From a bacterium (GTDB taxonomy: Bacteria > Krumholzibacteriota > Krumholzibacteriia > JACNKJ01): 64,000 nucleotides of DNA. Positions 9,016 through 17,155 of the stretch are shown here, piece by piece (positions within the stretch are counted from its first letter, which is position 1; the number at the start of each line of letters is the position of its first letter). The notes under the pieces were generated by a model that was given only the letters and a program-made list of their open reading frames with translations, had not been told where the DNA came from and did no database searches. Made by a program: the position numbers and the translations under genes. The stretch is taken from positions 435,340 through 499,339 of the forward strand of contig JAAEPZ010000538.1 of assembly GCA_024231955.1 (NCBI GenBank), given 5' to 3'.

Positions 9016-9849
9016 CTAATCCTCAAACAGCCGCGCGGCGATCTCCTTGATGAGTTTGGCGCAGACCGCGGCGGTCATCCCGTTCAGATCGCGGGTGGGG
9101 TTGTACTCGACGATGTCAGCGCCGATGAAGCCGGGGGCTTTGATCCCCTGGATCATTTCGATCGCTTCGCCCGTGGAGAATCCACCCGGCTCGAAGTGCG
9201 ATACGCCGGGCGCATGGGCGGGATCGAGAGCGTCGAGATCGAAGGAGATATACAACGGGCCGGTGAAGCACAGCTCTATCCCCGGTTGCCAGTCCTTCAT
9301 CTCGATCATCTCAACGCCAAAACGCTCCGCCTGCTCCCGCTGATGCCCGTTGGCCGTACGGATGCCGACCTGAACCAGACGCTCGACCAGACCCTCCTCC
9401 ATGATGCGGGCAAAGGGGCAGGCGTGCGAATCCTGCTTCCCCTCCAGATTGTCGTAGAGGTCCGGATGGGCATCGAAGTGGAGGATGTTCAGATTCTGAT
9501 GCTCCTTCCGCAACGCCCTGACTATCGGCCAGGTGATCGAATGATCGCCCCCCAGCCCGAGGGGGATGAATTGCCGACTCAGCAACAGGCCCATGGCCTG
9601 CTCGATCTTCGCCAGCGGATCATCAACCCCCACCAGGGGCAGGTCGCCCAGGTCGTGCAGGTCGGCAGCCCCGATGTCCAGTCCCGATTCCGTCCAGAGG
9701 TTCGTGGCGCTGCTATGGAGCGCCTTTCTGATCAGGGGCGGCGCGGTTGCGGCGCCCGTCAGGAAGGATGAATTGAGGTCGAGAGGGAATCCGATCAGAC
9801 CAACGCCTGTTCCCGTCACCTCATTCAATCTGGTTTCTAGAGTTTTCAT
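9016..9849 (-). CDS. Arginase/agmatinase (ureohydrolase) family protein, agmatinase-like
   Basis: Manganese-binding motifs GGDHSIT, DAHPD, SFDLDALDP. Confidence 0.8.
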   Translation of the reverse strand: MKTLETRLNEVTGTGVGLIGFPLDLNSSFLTGAATAPPLIRKALHSSATNLWTESGLDIGAADLHDLGDLPLVGVDDPLAKIEQAMGLLLSRQFIPLGLGGDHSITWPIVRALRKEHQNLNILHFDAHPDLYDNLEGKQDSHACPFARIMEEGLVERLVQVGIRTANGHQREQAERFGVEMIEMKDWQPGIELCFTGPLYISFDLDALDPAHAPGVSHFEPGGFSTGEAIEMIQGIKAPGFIGADIVEYNPTRDLNGMTAAVCAKLIKEIAARLFED

Positions 9850-10088
9850 ACCTACAGGATACCCCGCTTTTCCGTAATGGCAAAGGGGGAATGCCTCCGA
9901 TCATTTGCCGGCGCCGGTTGGCGGGATTTGCCGTCCCGATGGTTGCGGTCGGCCATTAGTTCGTCACATTCTCTCTCCGTTCGTAGATTTGTAGTGATAA
10001 TGCCGGAGCATTTATTTACAGTGTTCCTGCAATATTACGGTAAGGGACCCATCGTGTATCTGCCTGGATCGGCTGCAGGGGGACTGTT

Positions 10089-10619
10089 GTGAGCAGAGTT
10101 AATCAGGTGACTTGGGACTGGAGATCCGCAAGCGTCGGCGGGAGCCGGAGCGTTGATCGGATCGGCGTAATGCGGCGCGCCGCACTGATTCAGGTTGTGG
10201 TCATGGGATTGGTCGGCGTGGTGCTCCACCTCCTGTTGCACCATATCCTCTTCGCCCGGATCATCTGGGGGCTGGCTGCGGTGATCCTGATTCTGGGATT
10301 GACTGCGCCGCGGCTCTACCGCCCGATATATCGGTTCGGTCACTGGCTGGGGCAACTGGTCGGCAAGCTCATGCTCTATGTTCTCCTGGTGCCGTTCTAC
10401 TTTGTCCTTTTCGTTCCGGTCAGTCTCTACCTCAAATTGCGCGGGCGGGATCCGCTGCAGCGCACTCGCCGCGAACCAGGCCTGACCTACTGGATTCCCC
10501 GGCGACCCAAGGCGCGGGACGCCAACATCGCGGATCAGTTCCTCCGCGAAGACAAAGCCGCCCGCAATCTGAACCGCCCCGAGGGCGCATCCGGCTTCGG
10601 CGAGGGTGGTGCATCATGA
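10089..10619 (+). CDS. SxtJ-like small integral membrane protein (carbamoyltransferase-associated)
   Basis: Three to four predicted TM helices. The stop overlaps the carbamoyltransferase start (ATGA). The start is uncertain: GTG 10089 (GGGGGA 6 nt upstream) or ATG 10170. Family assignment is by context and size only. Confidence 0.5.
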   Translation: MSRVNQVTWDWRSASVGGSRSVDRIGVMRRAALIQVVVMGLVGVVLHLLLHHILFARIIWGLAAVILILGLTAPRLYRPIYRFGHWLGQLVGKLMLYVLLVPFYFVLFVPVSLYLKLRGRDPLQRTRREPGLTYWIPRRPKARDANIADQFLREDKAARNLNRPEGASGFGEGGAS

Positions 10620-12445
10620 ACATACTCGGGATCTCCGCCTACTATCACGACTCCGCCGCCTGTCTGGTGCAGGACGGCAGCATCACCGCCGCCGCTCAGG
10701 AGGAGCGGTTCACCCGCCGCAAACACGATTCCGGCTTCCCCCTGAATGCCGTGCGCTATTGCCTGGCCGCAGGGGATGTCGGTGAGGGCCAGGTGGATGT
10801 CGTCGTGTTCTACGACAAGCCGCTCACCAAATTCAGCCGCATCCTGAAAACCAGTTTCGCCGTCGCACCCCGCGGGCTCGATGCCTATCTGATGGCCATC
10901 CCCCTCTGGTTGCGTGAGAAACTCTGGATTCCGGCCGACATCGAACAGGCCCTCGCCACGGCGGGCGCCGGCAAGCCGGGCAAACTCTGCTTCACGGAGC
11001 ATCACGAATCGCACGCCGCCGGAGCCTTCTTCCCCGGACCCTTCGAGAGCGCTGCCGTACTCACGCTGGACGGTGTGGGTGAATGGGCCACCAGTTCGCT
11101 CAGTCGGGGCGAGGGCAACCGACTGACCATGCTGGAGGAGCTGCACTTTCCCCATTCACTCGGACTGCTCTATTCGGCCTTCACCTATCACACCGGCTTC
11201 CGGGTGAACTCGGGCGAGTACAAGCTGATGGGGCTGGCGCCCTATGGACGGCCCGTCTACGCGGAGCGGATCCGCGAGCACCTCGTCGATATCCGCTCCG
11301 ACGGCTCCTTCCGTCTCAATATGGATTACTTCGGTTTTGCCGATAGCCTGACCATGACCAACGACCGCTTCTCCACAATGTTCGATGGTCCGCCGCGCGC
11401 GCCCGAATCGGATCTGACCCAGCGCGAGATGGATCTTGCCCGCTCCGTGCAGGTGGTCGTCGAGGAGATCGTCCTGTTGCAGGCTCAATACGCCGCCAGG
11501 GTGACCGGCGAGAAACGGCTCTGTCTGGCGGGCGGCGTGGCGCTCAATTGCGTCGCCAATGGTCGACTGCTGCGCGAGAGCCCTTTCGAGGAGATCTGGA
11601 TCCAACCCGCGGCCGGTGACGCCGGCGGCGCTCTGGGTGCGGCGCTGTACCACTGGCACCAGGTGCAGGATCAGCCGCGTGCGCTTCAAAACGGCGGCGA
11701 TGCGATGTCCGGCGCCTACCTGGGTCCGGCCTACGACGACGATGAGATCACGGCCTGGCTGGATGCTCAAAAACTGCCCTACCGCCGTTTGCCGGATGGC
11801 GATCTGGAGTGCGAAGTGGCGCGACTGATCGATGAGCAGAATGTCGTCGGCATGTTCCAGGGACGGATGGAGTTCGGCCCGCGGGCACTGGGCAACCGCT
11901 CGATTTTGGGCGATGCCCGTTCGCCGAAAATGCAGTCGGTGCTCAATCTCAAGATCAAGTACCGGGAATCGTTCCGCCCCTTCGCCCCCTCCTGCCTGGA
12001 GGAGCGGATCGGCGATTTCTTCGATATCGATCGGCCGTCACCCTACATGCTGCTGGTGGCCCAGGTGCGGCCGGAGCGCTGCCTGCGGCCCGAAGCGGGC
12101 GAGCGGGGGATTCATGAGATGGTGAACCAGGTGCGGTCGGACGTGCCGGCGATTACCCACGTGGACCACTCGGCGCGGATCCAGTCGGTGTCGCGGGAGA
12201 CCAATCCCCGCTACCACCGCATCATCAAGGAGTTCGAGAAGCGCACCGGTTTCGGGATCATCATCAACACCTCCTTCAATGTGCGCGGGGAGCCGATAGT
12301 CTGCACGCCGGAGGATGCCTACCGCTGTTTCCGCCGCACGGAGATGGACTACCTGGTGCTGGGCAATCAGATACTGGACAAAAGCGATCAACCGCAGTGG
12401 GCGGAGCGGGGCGAGGCCTGGCAGGAGGAGTTTCCACTCGATTAG
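10616..12445 (+). CDS. Carbamoyltransferase (NodU/CmcH/TobZ/SxtI family)
   Basis: N-terminus MNILGISAYYHDSAACLVQDGSITAAAQEERFTRRKHDSGFP is the family hallmark. Length 609 aa. Confidence 0.85.
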   Translation: MNILGISAYYHDSAACLVQDGSITAAAQEERFTRRKHDSGFPLNAVRYCLAAGDVGEGQVDVVVFYDKPLTKFSRILKTSFAVAPRGLDAYLMAIPLWLREKLWIPADIEQALATAGAGKPGKLCFTEHHESHAAGAFFPGPFESAAVLTLDGVGEWATSSLSRGEGNRLTMLEELHFPHSLGLLYSAFTYHTGFRVNSGEYKLMGLAPYGRPVYAERIREHLVDIRSDGSFRLNMDYFGFADSLTMTNDRFSTMFDGPPRAPESDLTQREMDLARSVQVVVEEIVLLQAQYAARVTGEKRLCLAGGVALNCVANGRLLRESPFEEIWIQPAAGDAGGALGAALYHWHQVQDQPRALQNGGDAMSGAYLGPAYDDDEITAWLDAQKLPYRRLPDGDLECEVARLIDEQNVVGMFQGRMEFGPRALGNRSILGDARSPKMQSVLNLKIKYRESFRPFAPSCLEERIGDFFDIDRPSPYMLLVAQVRPERCLRPEAGERGIHEMVNQVRSDVPAITHVDHSARIQSVSRETNPRYHRIIKEFEKRTGFGIIINTSFNVRGEPIVCTPEDAYRCFRRTEMDYLVLGNQILDKSDQPQWAERGEAWQEEFPLD

Positions 12446-12519
12446 TTGGGGACGTGAGACCCGATTGGTGATAACGTCAACGAATATCGTAGGACCGGAA
12501 TGCGAAGGAGGAGATCGGA

Positions 12520-12684
12520 GTGAAGAAATTCCACCATCTGGGCAACCTGCTGCGTGAGGTCTGGCGCTTCGCCAGACAGAACAAGGCCTGGTGGATCGTG
12601 CCGACGATTCTGGCATTGCTGATCCTGTGTCTGCTGATCATCTCGGGTCAGACCATCGCTCCCTTCATCTATACGCTGTTCTAG
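12520..12684 (+). CDS. DUF5989/SxtK-like 54-aa membrane mini-protein; not in the ORF track because it is under 60 aa
   Basis: GTG 12520 with GGAGGAG RBS. Product VKKFHHLGNLLREVWRFARQNKAWWIVPTILALLILCLLIISGQTIAPFIYTLF: a basic N-terminus plus one TM helix, the usual partner of carbamoyltransferase/SxtJ. Confidence 0.55.
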   Translation: MKKFHHLGNLLREVWRFARQNKAWWIVPTILALLILCLLIISGQTIAPFIYTLF

Positions 12685-12729
12685 CAGATCTGCCTTGCGG
12701 TCGCCCGCGCCGCAGTAAAGGGGATACCG

Positions 12730-13602
12730 ATGCCGCTAGCCTGGGTACGACTGATGCCGCTGCTGCTGTTGACGCTGCTCGGTTTGTTGCTGGCCGCCGC
12801 GCGACTGAGTCGCGGTCGATTCGTTCTGCCCGGCTACCTGGGCTACCTGTGGGCATTCCTCGTGGTATTCGCCATCGCGGATCACATCTCCTTCACGCCC
12901 GCCGTCTGGCTCATGGCCCTGATCTCCTTCCGCGCCCTGCGCGAATACTTCTCGCTGGTCGATCTCCGTCTCGAAGATCGCTGGGGGATGATCGGCGCCT
13001 ACCTCTCGATCCCCTTCATGATCCTGCTCATCCAGATCGACTGGTACGGCTTCTTCATCGTCTCCATCCCCGTCTACGCGTTCATCGTCATCCCCTTCCT
13101 CGTCGCTCTGGGTGACCGTGAGGGGCGCGGCAGCCTGCTGTCGATAGGCGCCATCGACTTCGGCCTCTTCTTCTTCGTCTACTGCCTGGGGCACATCGCC
13201 TATCTGGCCCTCTTCTCGACCTGGTTGACGCTGCTGCTGCTCCTGGGCGTCGTAGTGTGCAATGTCGCCATCTCACTGACTGCTCGCCTGGGCCGCATCC
13301 CCGGATTTCTGCTGGCGACCGCGGCCACGGTCGGGCTGTCTCTGCTCCTGCGCCCCTGGACCACGGTGCCCTTCGGCCCGAGTATCTTCGTCGGCGTATT
13401 GATCCCCGTGCTGGTGCACATGGGCGAGTATACGGTCGGCGTGCTGGAGCGGGACCTGGGGATCAGCTCGGATGACCTCGAGCCGGGGCGCGGGCATGTT
13501 CTCGATTCGATGAAGTCATATCTCTTCGCGGCGCCGATCGTTTTCCACTATCTGCGTTGGGTCATGAAATTCGGCGAATTGCTCCTCGGTCATGGCAACT
13601 AG
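12730..13602 (+). CDS. Phosphatidate cytidylyltransferase (CdsA/CTP_transf_1) family membrane protein
   Basis: Polytopic membrane protein whose C-terminal motif GRGHVLDSMKSYLFAAPIVFHYL matches the CdsA GHGGxLDRxDS..F segment. Confidence 0.7.
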   Translation: MPLAWVRLMPLLLLTLLGLLLAAARLSRGRFVLPGYLGYLWAFLVVFAIADHISFTPAVWLMALISFRALREYFSLVDLRLEDRWGMIGAYLSIPFMILLIQIDWYGFFIVSIPVYAFIVIPFLVALGDREGRGSLLSIGAIDFGLFFFVYCLGHIAYLALFSTWLTLLLLLGVVVCNVAISLTARLGRIPGFLLATAATVGLSLLLRPWTTVPFGPSIFVGVLIPVLVHMGEYTVGVLERDLGISSDDLEPGRGHVLDSMKSYLFAAPIVFHYLRWVMKFGELLLGHGN

Positions 13603-15031
13603 ACTCCGCAATCTCCCCCGGCTGCTGCTCCACCTTCTGGTGCTGCGGCCGCTGCTCCATCTGATCTTCGGACTCAGTGTGCGGGGGCAGGCAAACCTGC
13701 CCGAGCGGGGGCCGTTCATCCTGGCGGCCAACCACAACAGCCATCTGGATATCCTCATGCTCTGCGCCGCCCTGCCGGTGCGGTTGCTGGGGAGCACCCA
13801 TGTGGTTGCGGCTCGCGACTACTTCAGCCGTTTCCCCCGCCTTTTCGCGGTGATCGACTACCTGTTGCGGCCGGTCTGGGTGGACAGGGGGACCGGGGGC
13901 AAGGCGGCGCTGGAGAAGATGGGCGAACTCCTGGATCGGGGCGAGAATATCATCATTTTCCCGGAGGGCACCCGGGGCGAGGCGGGCAAGCTCGCACGGT
14001 TCCATTCGGGTGTGGGGCGGCTGGTCGTCACCCATCCGGAGGCGCAACTGGTGCCGGCCTTCCTGCTCGGCAGCGAGCGGGCGCTGCCCCGCAACACCGC
14101 CCTGCCGCTGCTGCTCTGGCACCATGTCAATATCGGTCCGCCGCAGTCGATCAGCGGCGATGGCGGGGATATCACGCAGGCGCTGCGCGAGAGCATCATC
14201 GACCTGGGCAGCTCCCGGACGGCCGCGCGGCACAGGAGGCGACCGGAGCGACGGAGAGGGCTAACCATAGCCGTATTGGGCATCGACGGCTCCGGCAAGA
14301 GCACCCTGTCGCGTCGTCTGTGCGCCGAGCTTTCGGTCGGAGGGGGTACCTGCCTGATCGGCGACAGCCTTGATCTTTACTCCGACGGCGAACCCCGCGC
14401 GGCGCAGCCTCTAGTGAAGGAGAAGCTGCGGCGCTGGATGAGCGCTCAGGCCAAGGATGCGAAATCGCTGGCTCGCTACAAGATTCCCAAGCTGGCCGAA
14501 CTGCTGCTTCGCGACGCGCTCCTCGGCGAGGCGAAACGGTGGTATGGTCCCGATCTGATATTCATGGACGGCTCGCCGCTGCTCAACATGACGGCCTGGT
14601 CCGTCCTCTACCGTCCCCAGCAGTTGAGCGTTGATTTCTGCGCCCGCGCCATGTCGATACTGGCCGGGCGGGGGAGTGTTCGCGATCCGCTCTACGCCGA
14701 GTTTCCCGAACTCCGTCACCTGCGGCGACTGGGGCTCACCCGTCTCAAGCTGCCCGACCTGATACTGTTCCTGGATGTCGATCCTGCGGTAGCCATCGAG
14801 CGGATCATGAGCAGGGGAGAGCGTGTGCAGGTGCATGAAACGGAGGAGAAGCTGGGCCGATTGCGCGAAGCCTACCTGCTGACGGTGCGGGCGGCCCGCG
14901 AGAAACTCGACCTGCCCGCCCATGTCATCGAGGGCGGCAGGGAGCCGGATGTCATAACCGCCGAGGCGCGTGGGCTGGTGACGGCTCTGCGCGCGGAGAG
15001 AGTGACCGCAAGCGAGGAGGTATCCAGGTGA
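13592..15031 (+). CDS. Fusion protein: PlsC-like lysophospholipid acyltransferase (N-terminal) plus thymidylate-kinase-like P-loop kinase domain (C-terminal)
   Basis: HX4D acyltransferase motif (ANHNSHLD) and FPEGTRG. Then AVLGIDGSGKSTLSRRL (Tmk-like Walker A). The start overlaps the CdsA-like gene by 11 nt. Confidence 0.65.
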   Translation: MATRLRNLPRLLLHLLVLRPLLHLIFGLSVRGQANLPERGPFILAANHNSHLDILMLCAALPVRLLGSTHVVAARDYFSRFPRLFAVIDYLLRPVWVDRGTGGKAALEKMGELLDRGENIIIFPEGTRGEAGKLARFHSGVGRLVVTHPEAQLVPAFLLGSERALPRNTALPLLLWHHVNIGPPQSISGDGGDITQALRESIIDLGSSRTAARHRRRPERRRGLTIAVLGIDGSGKSTLSRRLCAELSVGGGTCLIGDSLDLYSDGEPRAAQPLVKEKLRRWMSAQAKDAKSLARYKIPKLAELLLRDALLGEAKRWYGPDLIFMDGSPLLNMTAWSVLYRPQQLSVDFCARAMSILAGRGSVRDPLYAEFPELRHLRRLGLTRLKLPDLILFLDVDPAVAIERIMSRGERVQVHETEEKLGRLREAYLLTVRAAREKLDLPAHVIEGGREPDVITAEARGLVTALRAERVTASEEVSR

Positions 15032-16026
15032 GTAAGCCGATTGAGGTGATCGCGACTACGATCTCGGGATCGATAAGCGACTGGAGCAAAGTGGAGAGGG
15101 TGGAGCCTCTCTTCGCGGAGCATGGTTTCACCGACCTGCGTCTGCATGTCGTCGATACGCACCTGGCCGCGCGGGGCAAGGCGCTGGAGCTGCTGGGAGA
15201 GGGCAGCCGCCTGCTGATCTCCGCCGGCGGATCGGGCACGTTCAACGCCGTGCTGGAGGGGTGTTGCGATTCGGGGCTCCCGCTGGGCGACCTGCAGCTG
15301 GGCTTCCTCCGCAAGGGGTCGGCCGACCTGCTCGGGAAGGTGCTGGGGATGCCCGATGAAATCGAGGCGGCTGTGGCCGTTTTCGCCGAGGCGATTCGGG
15401 GGGGGCACGTCATGTCCTGCGATGTCCTGCAGGCCGTGAACGATGGCTCTCGCGGGTTGCCGCGTCATTTCGTCGGCTACGGCGGCGGTGAGATCTTCGG
15501 GCGGATTCCCCACTTCACGGAGAACCGGTTCATGAAGTGGTACAAGGGTGTGCTCAGTCAGGCCTTCGGCGATCTCGGCCCTTTCACCACCGGCATGACG
15601 CTGGCGCTGTGCGAGAAGATCCTGCGCGGACCGTTCGGGCGACGCGAGTGGCGGATCGAGATCGATGGGGCCGAGGCGACGCAGGGGCGCTACCAGGCGC
15701 TGATCATCGTCAACGGTTACCTGGGTCCCGACATGGGCTATTCGGACGACCCTCTCGGCTCCGGACGTTTCCATCTCTTCGCGCTGCGTGATCAGGGGAT
15801 CGGCCGTCTGCTCAAGCAGGCGGGCAAGGCGCGCAGCGGCGCGATCATGGAGAATCCCGAGCGGTGGGGTATGGAGCACTATGTCGTTGGCGACACGCTT
15901 CACCTGACCACCGCAAGTGAGCGGCCGTTTCCGCTCAACGTGGACGGCTCCACCCTCATCTGCGACCACGCGGCGACGATCCGCCTGGTGGACAGCATCA
16001 ACCTGATCGCCGCACCCGGCAGCTGA
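15028..16026 (+). CDS. Lipid kinase of the DAGK_cat (YegS/LCB5/diacylglycerol kinase catalytic domain) family
   Basis: GTG start with GGAGG RBS; 4-nt overlap with the upstream gene. Motif LLISAGGSGTFNAVLEG matches the GGDGT signature of DAGK_cat. Confidence 0.7.
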   Translation: MSKPIEVIATTISGSISDWSKVERVEPLFAEHGFTDLRLHVVDTHLAARGKALELLGEGSRLLISAGGSGTFNAVLEGCCDSGLPLGDLQLGFLRKGSADLLGKVLGMPDEIEAAVAVFAEAIRGGHVMSCDVLQAVNDGSRGLPRHFVGYGGGEIFGRIPHFTENRFMKWYKGVLSQAFGDLGPFTTGMTLALCEKILRGPFGRREWRIEIDGAEATQGRYQALIIVNGYLGPDMGYSDDPLGSGRFHLFALRDQGIGRLLKQAGKARSGAIMENPERWGMEHYVVGDTLHLTTASERPFPLNVDGSTLICDHAATIRLVDSINLIAAPGS

Positions 16027-16086
16027 CTTCAGGGCATGCCCGGAGATCAATCTGCTTACATTTTCGCTGTACCACGGCCAGGCGTG

Positions 16087-16095
16087 TGATATAAT
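16087..16095 (+). promoter_or_regulatory. Extended -10 promoter element TGaTATAAT upstream of the 16130 gene
   Basis: TGATATAAT at 16087-16095, 35 nt upstream of the start codon. No good -35 seen. Confidence 0.35.
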
Positions 16096-16129
16096 TATGA
16101 CATATTCTCAATCAATCCAGGAGGCCTCC

Positions 16130-17152
16130 ATGAACGAGCAGCACCCTGACGGTATTCGCCCCGTATTCACCGCTCTTCTGATCCTGATCCTTGGACTGGT
16201 TCTGTCGCCGCAGTTCGCCGCCGCCGAATGGCGCGAGGGGGATTACAGGATCATGTCGCTCTCGGAGCTGTTGCCCCATCTAGGCGCGACCGCTTCCAGC
16301 GATCTGCCCGTCGATACGCCCGTGCTGCTGGCGCGGGGAACCGTTCCCGATGATATCGTCGCCATCCAGGGTGGGCTCGTGCGCAGCGGTCTGGCGCTGA
16401 AACCGACAGCGAGGGGGCGCGAGGTCGTCAGACCCGCTGTCGATGAGGCCGCCCGTGCGGCGGCGCGGCTGCTGGCCGTCACCCCCCTCCTGGTCAACAC
16501 GCGCGCCGAGGGTGTCATCGCCACAGGCGGCGCGGTGCTCTACGGACAGATTGTCGAGCCGCCCTACCTCGTCGAAAACGACGGCGAGGAGGTGCTGGTC
16601 AACGGTGTGCTGGTGTTCCCCTCTCCGGGCGTCCCTGTTGCGGTGCCCGCTGCGGATGCCGAGAGCATCCGGGAGTTCGAACTGGTGAAGACTGCGCGAA
16701 TGAGCTATCGCCGGGATCTGGAATCCCTGGGCGGCGAGGAGGCGCGCAGCCGCTTTCGCGAGACGGTGCTGACGCTTACCCATTTCGTGGAGGCCGAGTG
16801 GCGGAGTGAAAACTCCCTGCATGTCCTGCTCGCCAATGGCCAGCGCAAATCGATCATCATGTCCAACGTGGGGCGGGAGCCCGAGGAACCGACCTCCGCT
16901 CAGCTGAACGGGTATGGCGCGATGATGGCGCGCAATCTGCGCGAGATGCTCAGGCTGGATATGACCATTGTCGCCGGAGCCACCTACCTGATCTGCGAGG
17001 ACAACGCCTCGGGCGCGCACATGCGCGATCGTCTGCGGGAGGTTCTCGATTCCGTCGAGCCGGAGGCGCTGATTCTCGCGCGTCTGCAGGCTCGCCTCGG
17101 CAACAGGGCAGCCGCCGCCGATCTCTACTACTCGCACAGGGGGGGGAGGTAG
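16130..17152 (+). CDS. Hypothetical secreted/membrane-anchored protein
   Basis: ATG 16130 with AGGAGG RBS. N-terminal hydrophobic segment VFTALLILILGLVLSPQFAAA. No recognisable motifs. Its stop lies 4 nt before the next gene. Confidence 0.5.
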   Translation: MNEQHPDGIRPVFTALLILILGLVLSPQFAAAEWREGDYRIMSLSELLPHLGATASSDLPVDTPVLLARGTVPDDIVAIQGGLVRSGLALKPTARGREVVRPAVDEAARAAARLLAVTPLLVNTRAEGVIATGGAVLYGQIVEPPYLVENDGEEVLVNGVLVFPSPGVPVAVPAADAESIREFELVKTARMSYRRDLESLGGEEARSRFRETVLTLTHFVEAEWRSENSLHVLLANGQRKSIIMSNVGREPEEPTSAQLNGYGAMMARNLREMLRLDMTIVAGATYLICEDNASGAHMRDRLREVLDSVEPEALILARLQARLGNRAAAADLYYSHRGGR

Positions 17153-17155
17153 ATC

